From Acanthaster planci (taxonomy: Eukaryota): a stretch of 64,000 nt of DNA. The DNA is taken from NCBI RefSeq assembly GCF_001949145.1, contig NW_019091361.1:1101452-1165451 (forward strand), read 5' to 3'. This document shows positions 11,271 through 23,400 of the stretch, piece after piece. The position numbers were made by a program, and so were the translations under genes. A model generated the notes under the pieces. It did not search any database, was not told where the DNA came from, and saw only the letters and a program-made list of their open reading frames with translations. Position 1 is the first letter of the stretch, and every line of letters starts with the position of its first letter.

Positions 11271-14200
11271 AACGATGCTCCCGATAAACACGTCTGTCGG
11301 TTCCTTACTGCTAAAGCTCCAGCAGCAAATTGCACTGAATGGTGTTTGTACTTTTTCTGGAAAGTTCGACAATTTTGTTTGTACACAAAATGCCGTTGTC
11401 ACTGGCATTTAATGCCACTCGTCAGATATTTTCCGACTCAAACGAAATCTGCCTAGCTTTTAAATTCCCTTAAAGTCCCCATCTTATCAATATTTACATT
11501 ATGAAGCTATTTAGGACAAATTTAGATTCCTTTCTAAAAAACAAACTTGTATTTAGAAAACGGTGACGAATGAAGTCATCGTTTTTCATACACACAAAAT
11601 AGAATGTGTACATAACGTGACCATTTCCCTAGACCATATGCTAAGAGTCCAGAATCACCGCTTTTCGTCCTTTTGCATGCCGCACATTGCACTTCGAAAA
11701 AAAGTGACCTCTATGGAGTAATCTCTTGGTGGCGTTACACAGGCCCATTATAGGTTAGTCCTATTCCATGAGATTGTTCCACGTTTGCTAACACCCGTGT
11801 TGTATGCTTGCACAATATAAATTTAGATGTTATATGACCGACTTACCACTTGGCCATTCAGACCATACAACCAGCGCTGCTTAATCTACGCCATAGCAAA
11901 TAAACAACACGATTTGGGAATTCTGACAGCGTTGCCTGATCACGCAGATATTATGTAGTTGTAAGCAAATTCATTCGTGAAGTCGTGCGTATTGCGATAG
12001 TTTAGTGGTTAATTAAATTGATAGCGTCCAGTGGCTAACTGCACTGTTGGTTCCAACGATTCTATTGCCATCCTGCGCGAAGTAGGCGTTGCACCATAAA
12101 CGGAACTCGGTAATAGGCGTCCGTGTGATTTATATTTTGCTATTAGAAGTTTAGAGCAAACAAGGGTCTAGGTTTTGCTCAAACCTTAGCGTTTGAGTAG
12201 GGCTCCTGTCTGATAACTGGTTATAGAGGTGTATAATTTGCTGGGTTTGCTCCACATTTGCCTGAGCTATAACGTAAAATGCTGCCCCGTGTTAATGCGA
12301 CCAAAGTGCCATTTCAGGCCAAATTTAGGGCAGATTTCTTTTCCAGAAAGCTACAGCCGTACTGTGAAGCAATATCCTGGCATCTTCACTGCCTCACCTT
12401 GGCTCTGGGATGGAGTGATTTGTAAAATTTGTAAAGGGGGATGTACGTCGCAGCTACATATCAACCTATGCGCGAAGTACTGAGCTGCTTGTCGGTCAGC
12501 ACTAATTTGGTGCATTATGCGTTATGTGTTCAGTACACATGCGTGCACCGCGTACACAGAACGGTAGATCCGTGTTATTGTTCAAGCAGATCTAACCAAT
12601 GAGGGCTCAAAAAAAATTACGTCAAGCATCCTGGAAAAATCAGCCCGTTCCAATCCCCTGTCAAGGTAGCGGGGACGAGTAAAATACACGTCCTTGTGTA
12701 TGGTCACCGACACTATGTGGCCAGTTGGAACCCTTGATCGAGGTACGAGGAACGTAATGAGTGAAATTATCTGCCCACATCACTGTATTTTATCATTAAA
12801 AGAGGTACAGAATGGTTCAAGCGTCATACGCGCGGCTTGTACTTTGATGACATGCACATTGTTTGCGCAGCGCCTGCACCATGGCCTGATACGCATCTGC
12901 ACGAGTTAACCTTCGCCCTGTAACACAGCATGGAACGGCCGTAGAGAGCGTCAGGTAGCTTTAGAGGCGGGAACTTGCGCTCTTTAAGTCGCGGAGAGAC
13001 TGTTGTAGGTCTTATCAGACAAACTGCTCGGTGGAGTATTTGCTTTAGCTTGGGAGTTTAGGATTGGACCGGAGGAGATGACTGTTCCTTACCAGTCGCG
13101 AATTTGATCAAGGAGAGAGGGTAGTCACGACAATATCTACGGGGAAGGACTAGAGGACTCCACAGACTTAGGACCCGTCTTCAGTCACTGATTTGCTTGG
13201 ACTCGCACTGTCACGGTGTTTCAAGAGCACCTGCGCAGTGGGTTTGCTTGCTGGTGGATGTTGATACATGTATATATGCATTACGAACTGATAATAGTCC
13301 TACTACGAAAGACTTGATGTTATTGGTCATACCCTCTGGTTAGTGGACTGCAAATGTGGAAAATCCATGTCAAATGGTAAGTATTTTATGTTGGTTGGAC
13401 TTCAGCCAAGAATGTACGCTAATGTGTTTTAAATTTACGTAAGGCATTGATTAAATGTCTGCCATGACTGATTTGTGAGGAAAGGAGAGTCTACTGTCTG
13501 AAAGAAATTTGACCCCCAGTAGGAAATTAGCTGCGCGTACGTCTGTTTTCACGCTAAATATTTACGTGGCACTCCTATGGAATGCAGGATTGTCGGGATG
13601 AGTTCTTTGAATTATTTTTGAAATATCTGTTCCAGCTAAATGTAAAGCGCACGTAGTGCTAAGCGTTTCCAGTGTTTAACTTCCCAGCTTCAATAACAAT
13701 ACAACCTGTTATGAGACCTCGCAATAGACAAAATTGGAGATGAAAGTCAGCTTTAGGAAGGCGTAGGTAAAACACTTAAATCTTGAATTGGTGATCATAG
13801 CCTACAAGATAAGTATACCCAGTCACATTGCACGAGAATTGCTTCGCAACGGTTGTGAGTAAATATGCTTAAAGCCAGTGAATGACCAAAATAGCCGTAT
13901 CGCTTGTGCAGACTTGCCGGCAGGCAAGTTGTCATTGATAAGGCAATAATTATCTTCTTTTTCTTGGATATTTTTCCCAGAATGGCTCTGTGCCAGTAGT
14001 CTCAACTCGTATGACCTTTTGCCATGTAAGTATTTTACAGAAACTCATCAGATCAAACTATTTCGGAATTATGAAAAATTCTTCAGAAGAAGGTGATTTA
14101 AACAGAAAGGCAATTTTCGCAAAAGTATGAAATAATGTCCCATAAATCAGTGGTATAGAAGCGTCGATCGAATTCACAGACATAAATTACTGTATGCTAC

Positions 14201-15109
14201 TTCCATTCTGGCGTTTGTTTTTTCCCCTTTGAACAATCTTACAAACATAACTTTTTGAAGCAAGTCAGGACTATTATCTTTTTTTACCGTAATACATGTA
14301 CATAACGTTTAAAAAATGATATCTGTTGTGGTGCTGCAGAAAAAAAACGTTGTGTCGCCTGTTGTGCATGTGCTTGATGTGCATCTTTCGCTGCTCGTTC
14401 ATTTTTTCCCGAAGTCGGCGAATATAATTTCATACAATGACATTATTTTTTTTATTTGAAGGACGCGCATTCGTTATCTTCTTTCATTAATGTTCACTGT
14501 TCGGTGTTTAAATATTCACCATAAACGACGACACACTGAGAGCTACACTCATTGCTAGAGGATGGATAGCGTCAGACGTAGACGTATATAGGCCTAACTT
14601 TGACTGCGCGCCGATACGGCCTCGCCGGTTCATTTAACAGGGAAAATACACGGAACAGCGAATTGTAATTTTCCAGTGGCGGTGCAGTCCTGAAGGCGTC
14701 CCTTCAAGGTACTAGTCTGTGTTTGATTGAGCAGCAAAATTGCGAGGCACGCAGTCTTGACTGTGCAAGATTGTTTTTTAAACGTTTCACTGGGAGAAAA
14801 GCACAATATAAATAGTTGGTCTGTCCGTTGTTTTGCCCACGTTTTGCTTGTTTGACTTTGTTGCATTTTCCTGTGCAACTCGTTCCACTTACTTGCGGCT
14901 CTGTTCTCACGACAAACAACCAGCACTATGTACAGTTACACGCTAGGTATCAACAATTTACACGCGCGCGGTACCAGAAAGCGGTAATGCAGCGCGACAT
15001 TATACGTGTACATCGAAGAGGAAACCAATTCAACAAGAAGAACCTAACGTTGAACGTTGGTTGGCCAAAACGCGCAGTCTCATCACGTCTGAACGTGTCA
15101 ACCATGTAC

Positions 15110-15670
15110 AGATCTCCATAGTAAAGTCTTTGTGGTGGAGATCAATGGTGTAAACCCATTCCATTGCGCACTGCGTACAATTGCCACCGCGATGAAAACT
15201 TTTGCAGCGCACTACTGTGGGACCCTCAGTACTGGTCCCACTTCCGGTATACTTCCCCTCGAACCATGCTGTATTTTGTAAGTTTACAACTCCCCTTTTT
15301 TGCCATTGCCCTTATATCACAAATACTCTTTTTGCACACTGATTTTTCGAAATCAAGGAAGTCTGATCACGGGGTGAGCACTGTATGTGTTTACCTTTTT
15401 CGGCACGGTTACCCTTTTCACCTCCATCAAAATGACCTTTCCAAAATGCCACTGCTGAGGTAAATGTTCTGTTCCCCTTAAAACTGGGAGGGGAAGCTTG
15501 TTCGAAGACTGGTTACATCCTCGCCCAATTCCAGACACTTAATGAAAACGCACCTCGAGTGCAAAGCGATTCCCATCTTGTTCATTAATGACACTAAGTC
15601 GTTGCGACAGAACCCGCAAGCATGACCACTTGACAAATGTTCCAATACGGCTGGCAGGCTGGTGAGCAAT
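15110..15670 (-). mobile_element. Decayed Penelope-like retroelement RT fragment
   Basis: Minus-strand motifs in the expected order: DVTSLRTSFP (cf. DVTSLFTNIP), LQNTAWFEGKY..SGT (cf. L..N.F.F.G..Y.Q..GTAMG), FTME. Confidence 0.35.
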
Positions 15671-17058
15671 ATGTCTTAGCGCAACACCTCAGGGAGCGCA
15701 TGGCTGTGGGTACGTGCGTCTATGGGTGTCACAGGCACGCTATCATGTCCATGCGTTCCACACCATTCTGTGGATAAGGACGAGCTGATGTGACCACATT
15801 CGTGATCCATTCAGTAAACCATGGAGTAAACATCCCTCGCCCTGGCACAAGATTATTTTATATAGGAGGCTCTGTGCCTATAGGGCAGGGACTCCATAGC
15901 ATTTACAGATATACACAAAAATATCACGATCGTTTGTTTTAAGCTTTGGCACCTCTCTTTGAATTTTATAATTTGGGAAAGCTTCAGATTAGTTAGTAAA
16001 GGTAAAAATTTATGCATTAGCACGAAAGCGAAGCTCAGGCGCTTGCTGCGGATGCAGCGTTGTGAAAATTATTGGTTCTGGTGCCTGGGGTGGAATACCG
16101 GTAGACTTTATTCACGGGGCTACCCATAGTGAATTTGAGAGCGAGGTTAACTCTTCATTTTTCGGTGTTGAGAGTAAAAATGAAGCAATAAAATGAAATT
16201 TCATGACAATTTGCCCCTGTCTACTCTGATGAATAATTTCAAATTCATTATTGAACATATAGAATTGTACTTTGCCAGATTCCGAAAATTATTGAAACAG
16301 TCTGGTGCCATCCTAATCGACAGCTTGCAACATATAAAACAGATTTGGGGAATAAGAGAAAAATAGCCTCCACGTGAATAGTGTCTGTAGGCTATACGGA
16401 ACAAAGATACCTAGAGGGCCTTTGGTATACGTAATCCTGTCCCGCCTCACACCAAGCACGTGAGGTTTTCAGTTTCAATTCCGTTTCGATTTAAAAATTC
16501 TCCAAACTGTTATCGAATTTAGATCAACAGAAAGCTATATCCTTAGATAAAAAAAAGAAATCAAACAAGCTGGACAAAGATTAAGTGACATAGAATTGAC
16601 AACAAAAGGGATGAAACATCAATAGTAAGGCCGGTGTAATGTTTAATTACTTCCATCACTGAATTTTGGAAATTAGTCAACCGTGAAAGGTTTTATAAAT
16701 GAATAATAAAAAAGATCTTTGAAATATTTGAAACATGCATCATGAGATGACTCGAGTGGAGAACTCTAGGATACTTGTCCGTGGACAAAACATTAATATT
16801 GCTTCGGAACATTTAAGGTAACGGGCAAGGCGAGGCACAGCCAACTACAACAAACCATTCATATCTGGGTTAAACAGCAGACAAATATCATGTCTCCAAA
16901 TGTCGTTAAAAAGTGTAAATTAATAGAAAAATGCAGCCTTTTTTTTTACAGTATGCATCATAATTACATGATTGTATGACGAATTGTGTGTTGTCTGAGC
17001 ACTGAGCAGGTGTTGTTGCGAATATAAAAGAACGGTCAGTCGACATGGATTTCATTGC

Positions 17059-17670
17059 AGGGCCTGTTTGGCCCGTTCGTTTAACTGTCGCGATCAGTCA
17101 TCCTAACGCTGGTTCGCACCACCCATTAGCTGGGTTTTGGTGTCTGTAAATTAAAGTAACGACGGATCACTGATCGCGATCCAGATCCGTATGAAACAAA
17201 CACGGCCGCAGTGATCCATGCGCTGGTTCGCTCTGTCCATTAGGCGGGTTATGTCAGGGAGCCAACGACCGATTCCTGATCGAGATCAGGATCCGGGTGA
17301 AACAAATAGGCCCTTTGTATGAACCTTTCTACTCAGGGCCTTTTTTACGTGGATCCAGATCGCGCGATCAGTGATCCAACGTTGGTTCACCGACACCATA
17401 AAGGTGCCTTTCTACATGTAACTATGTTTTTAGGGTGCGTTGCGTACTTGATGCGTTATGCGTTTCACTTACATAGATAAAAAAATCGATCTCATCAACA
17501 TAACACGTGTTCGAAGTTGCGTTCGGCCGTCAAAAGCGCCCAGGGAGCGATTTGACGGATGCGCAACACTTGGAAAGTGTTGACGCGCGTTAGTATGGAT
17601 AGGCACCTTAACCCGCCTAATGGATGCGAACTGCAGCTATGGGATTTCTGATCAAGATCCAGATCCGGAA
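17059..17670. mobile_element. Cluster of related fold-back MITE copies (GGCC...GATCCAGATC family)
   Basis: Blocks GCGATCAGT(G/C)ATCC, GATCCAGATC, CGCTGGTTCGC and TCCATTAGGCGGGTTA recur in direct and inverted orientation, with GGCC-ended termini. Confidence 0.6.
17402..17608. mobile_element. PIF/Harbinger-type (Tourist-like) MITE nested in the fold-back cluster
   Basis: TIR AGGTGCCT(T/A)TC...GATAGGCACCT flanked by a TAA TSD on both sides (17399-17401, 17609-17611). Confidence 0.75.
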
Positions 17671-20165
17671 ATTATCAATGATGGCACATGCGTATCATTG
17701 CCCATGATGGAAAAAAAAGCGTAAATGAAATGAGATGCAAACTTTAATGTCAATTCTCTCAGCTTCTCCAGACTTATTTTCTTCCGAAAAACGCCTCTAT
17801 ATAGAATTGTCACGCGTTGTGCCGTCGTAGTGTAGTATGCGGATGAGTGCGTAATCATGAATTATTGGTGAAAGTCCATAGTGCTAGGTGGAAAGAATCG
17901 GCACATGGGAGGAATGTAGCTCTTATGGATACAAATTCTTTTCATTTTGTTTCGTCATGGAAAGCGTCATTGTTAATTGTTCATTTATTACTTTTCTAAT
18001 TTATTACTTTTCTAATTCATTCACACGTTTGTTGGATAGAACAACGGTGTAACGGTTTTCCATTGTCGTTCTGAAACTTTGTCTTAAGAATCAAGCAAAA
18101 ACGCACCGTCGTGGTTTCGGTTGGTCTGCAAAAAGGGGTGTTAGATAAATTTTGGGTTCCTCTTCGGAAACTAATAAAATGTTGTTTTTTAATACTTATT
18201 AGAAATTGAAAACAATTGGAAATTACATACACATTGGGGCGGTCACTTTGAATTTTGTCAAAACGGAATGAAATATGAAGAGTACGTATAAGGAGTCCGA
18301 TTTCGAAATCTAGTTTCGAATATTCTTTAGTTTAAAGTGAGTTGTTACTACCGAAATTGCTGCAAGAAAATTTCATAAAACAGTTTGTTGGGACGTGAAA
18401 CATGAAAAGAAGTATGGCGTTTTCAATGTGACAATAACGTGTCAGTTTTAAGTTTGACCAGGAAAGCTCGGCTGTTTTTCCCATGATGAAAAATATGCCC
18501 TGTCAGGTTGTCTCGCAGTCGATTAGTAAATTCCTTCATCTTTCAACTGACCCATCTTCCTCGGAAAGACACTTTCGCCTGGTCTGAGACGAGGAATTTA
18601 AGTTGCTCTGTGAGGACATATTTACGCGCTCCTTCAGCTAATTCAACGGTCTGGAGCCCAGCTTTCATGCTTGAAATTCTCGTTCAGATGAAAAAGACCG
18701 CATGATCGTCCACGGTTACTGATGAATGGTTCTTCTGGTTAAAAGAAATTGCACAAATTCATTGTATAATTTATAGGAGTTTTTGTTTAATTGGCCGAAC
18801 AGATCGATAAACCATGTGCTGGACTGTCAATGGCTGGAGAGCTCAAGTGCGTAAACCAATTTTAATCAGTTCAGTGGCGAATCTAGTGGGCCCCCCATAT
18901 ATATAAACCCGTCAAAAATATTTTTATCGCGATGGCAAAAGGACGAAAAAAATTCGGTCTGAAAAAATTAATATTTTCCCGCGTTTTACCCACAATACAA
19001 CTACCACATATGGCCTAAATACCGATCCTTTAAAATGCTAGCGTGTGAACCGTAGTGGCTATCAACATCAGAGAGAATATCGACAAATTTGTCATGTTTT
19101 GGTGTCAGATAAAGTAGTGTTCCTAAAGTCAGTCGGGTTCGACAGTCACTCTAAGAAGCTAAGCCTAATATCCTGAGATCATTTCGTCTGTTACAAAGAA
19201 TTAGAATGAACATGTTTTGATATAAAAACCAAATCCGACAGAAGTTTACGAGCCAATACTGCTCAAAGTATGGTTTCAAAAGTCTTTCGATGGAGTTCAG
19301 TAAAATTTGACGGGTAATAAACGTGACTCTTTTCGTAATTATTTTGTAATTACATTTTGGTCTGCAAAGAAGCCTTTTCTCTTGCCATCCTCCACGATTC
19401 TGAAGGGAAATCATCGATTGTTTACTATTTATTACTGTAACTGGATGGCATTTGGGCCATGCATTGGTCGTTGACAGAGATACATACCATAATGCGTTTT
19501 CTTCCAATTAAATTGGATTTAAAGAATGAGTATTTCTGTTTTATATCAATTGGTATTGATCCCATGCCAGCACCGTTCCCCAATCATCCTCCTTAATTGA
19601 AGGTTATTCAATTCCCCGCTCAGATGCTTGATTTGATAGATTCCTCTGCCGAGCAGTCCAGGAACACTGGTTAAACCTAGTCAACCCACGATTTCAACCG
19701 CAGGACGGTCTCTGTTTTACGAGCGTCACGAACAGAGGCGCGCTAATAAGGAAGACGTAACGGTGATCTCTAAGCTGGGGGTTTTGTGGAGACTTCGATA
19801 TTGGGACACTCGTGATTGAAATTCGAGATACTTTTTTGCAAAATGAGGCATCGGTGGTTGGTGTATCAGAAACTTGGCCTTTGGGAGATCACATGGGAGT
19901 TTCTGTGGGCTCGGTCACTTAGAAATGGAACTTGGCTTTGTTGGGGAAAACAATCACTTAATGCACGATTTAGAGATGCAAGTTGGAAAGGGGCCAAAAG
20001 GAGGGGCCATACAGCTCTTAATTAATTTTCATTATATTGTTGTCATCTTGGGGAGATTTTCAGTTCACATGTCTGTCTATGCTTTCTTTTAATAGGTGCA
20101 GTAATATGTTTATGTATGTGTAAAACCTTCAACTGTTCCAAAGTATCACACTGATTTGGCAAATG

Positions 20166-20420
20166 CAGTGGGGCACCCACAAGTTGTTGGGGGGGGGGTG
20201 CTTTAACCGGAATTCCCCACATAGCTCATGATGCACAAGCCCCCCTGTTTTACAGAGGACTGGGATGTACAGCTCTGTCAGAGCTAGTAGTTTAAGATGT
20301 AGGTGTATACGCGTATTGTAACTCCATTTTTTCAAAAAGTTTTTGAAAAAAACAAAACAACAAAAAAACACCTTTTGAGGAGTTCTTCCCCGAGCCCCGC
20401 CTCCCTTGAGTGCGCCGCTG
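20166..20420. mobile_element. hAT-type MITE (CAGTGGCG-class termini)
   Basis: CAGTGGGGCACCCA...TGAGTGCGCCGCTG with G/C-rich subtermini. 8-bp TSD GGCAAATG/GGCAAAAC (6/8). Confidence 0.6.
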
Positions 20421-23400
20421 GGCAAAACAATGACCTCTTTATGCTTTTTTTGGAAAGAGTGCAAGTTTGCCTGCTCTTGATTTCACGTCACAGTATTAAA
20501 AGGCTCGTTTATTCGCTCTGCGTGCGGAACTAAAATTTCTAAGAGGCTCACAGAAATTTTGCCTATCTGTCTCGAGCGGATGCACCCCCTCATCGGTCGG
20601 AAAGAGCCACATCGGTCGACAACGTCCATTTTGTCGGTTAGGAGGCGACCGTTAGGTGTGCATTCAATAAGTGCGGTAGGAGCCTCTGTTGGTTAGAAAA
20701 TGGTGCTCTCTTTTGGTCCAGCTCGAGGTTCATAAAGTGAGTCAAGAACTTTTATGTGCACTGCCTATCAGAAATTGCAACTGGCCTTGCAAGATTATAT
20801 TTCTCTCTGCTAAATCACATTTACAGTACCTCACTTGTCACACTCAAGGCACTTATATTTCTAACGTCTGTGACAGGATCAAGTGTAACTCGATTACCTG
20901 GCTGTTGTTTGCCTTACCGGTGAGCAGTCCAACTTACGCACCGCACGCACCCTTGATTAAATTCTTTCGTGCCAAAGCTACACCATCCCGTTGAGGGTAT
21001 CAGCACCGCTGCCGGCGACACTGCCCCTGGCCTGTTTGACGCTACCATCCTTTCACTAATTGCCTTCTTCATTATTGCTTGTGCGTCGGTGGCAGAAAGA
21101 GTAAGAAGGTGGTATGGTTCTCCAGGTGTTAAGACACCTAAGATTTAGCCACCAAACCAAACAGCATAAACACTAATGAATATGAAGACAGTAACTTATC
21201 CCGTTGATTTTGTGAATCCCCGGTAGACTCGTTATGAAAACTCTCAAATGAGCCTATAGATTAATCCGAGGCAACATCTTCACTGCAATGACACTACACT
21301 TAACTATTTTCATTGCCTTTATTTCCTTTCCTTTTTTACTCTTGCATGTTTATGTATTCACTAAGGGTTTTAAATTTGGTTGATCAGATTTATTGCTCTC
21401 GAGTTAGATATGTAGTTAATATATGATGGACAGTTGAGCATGGTGTTGAAAATGTGCTGTAATGTGGAACCTCAATATTTGTGGGTACGCGGGTGAAACG
21501 TGTGTATTTGAATGTCCACGACAGTTGAACTATACTGATTTCAGCATGGTTTCAGGGATTCAGATTTTCAATTATCAAGTTGAAGTAATCCACGGCAACT
21601 AATGGTGTAAGACACGATCGGTGTCAACTGACAACACTGTAAACAACGTTGGCTTGAGGTATACCCCCCTTCAACAGACATTTTATCCAAGGAAAGGGGT
21701 CTATTTTCATTAAAAGCAAAAGTCCAGCGGAATTCGGGTCAAGATTCGGTTCCGGTCGATGTAAAAGGAGCCCAGGTCTTGTTGCTGACGTTCAAAGGAC
21801 AGACCCTCTTTACGCTGGAAAGAAGGCCCAAGCTAGCAGAGATCAATCGACTTCCTACCCCAAGCCTTTCAAATTTATGTATGCGTTTCCGCCTATCGAC
21901 TGCTTTGCTGGATGCATATACTAACCAACAAAACACGAGAAAGTGTCTGTGGTTGGGAAGTAATTTCCACCCTCAAGTCCGGACAAGGGTTTTTTCGCTT
22001 TCGGCCTCATCCTCTCATTCCCTCCAGAGATGTGCTCGTTCGGTGGTCGTATAATTTTGACAGTGAAAGATCTCACTTTCAAAGCTCACCCGTCGTTGAG
22101 ATGACATACTCCCTCCTCCCTCCCAGAAGACATTTAGTGTTCTGTGTTGATGTCCGTTGCACTTTTAGCGGAGAAGGTTGAAGCAATCTCTTGCCACTTT
22201 ATCGAATTTCGGGGGCCTGATTTCAGCCGGATCCACGGGAAGCAGAAGGCAGTAAGACTGATCAGTTTTAAAGCGCGTGTTTGTTGTTGTGACAGTGAAT
22301 TGAGCATTTTTCATTACCAGATCAGGAGAATGCACTTTGTGATTCCGAGTGCGTGAGTGACGACTTAATTGTGCCTGGCCTCGATTAATTGTATCTAATT
22401 ACCGACAGGTGCAAACAAGCCTTGATATCACTGAGGCACCCGACTAACGGTTGTATTGTTTTGTTAGTAGTCACATTAATCGAACCTTCGGATAGACCAT
22501 CTGTCCGTCCCGATGACATGACCTTCAATTAACTATTCTCAAAAAGTGTCAGGCATATTTCGGTATAATCTGACATGGATCTACGCGGTTTTGTAAGCGG
22601 CGCTGTCAGTTTCAAGCCTTATTTCACGGATAATTAATACACTGAAATTTAGTGTACAAAGTCGGGCAACAACTCTGTGCCCGGCGCAACCCCGCGACAC
22701 GGCTGGAGGACACAGACTACAAGTGCCATGCCCGAAGGAGCACTTTAATTTAAATGTTTTAGCATAAAAAAATTTCAAAACAGAACCTTCAAGTTGCTTG
22801 TAATACGGGAACACTTTTTCTCGAACACTTTCAGAATAATTTCACGTCCAACAATTCGTTTTGAGTATTGATTTTTTTGTTTTGATGGATTCTTGTTGCA
22901 AACTGGGACTCACCGTTTGAACGAACAGTTTGAGTGTGTTGATCTATTCACCAAGTTTGAAGGTTGCCTGAACGACATCAACGTCGGGACGAATGGGACA
23001 TTACCGAGCGAATATGTGGAGGGTTACTTTATTGTTTTCTCCTCTTGAGTATACCTTGAAGAGGATTCATCTAATGAATCTTTCTTATACCCACTTTTTA
23101 CTTCTTCTCTGTACATCTAAGTCTTTTTAATGTTTGAAAACCTGTTTGAAGTCCTTTTGGTGTCTACTGCACAAAAAGTGCAAATTTTCAACATAAACAT
23201 TGTCCAAGCTTTATCCGAACAAATGAGGGCGCTGTTGCTGTGATGTACCTCAGGAAAAACACTATTCAGTTTACTCATGTTCAAATTCCAAACCCCATAT
23301 TTGTTCTTTAAATGTCTTTTTAAAAGTTGCTCTCTGGTCTTTTGCCATATACCTACAAAGCAATAAATTATCAAGGAAATTGAAGTTTACTAGTAATAGC

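Noticed and set aside
21740..22000. Possible further L1/Tx1 fragment (N..NTRKCLWLGS)
   Set aside because: Only one or two weak motif echoes; not enough to call without an alignment.
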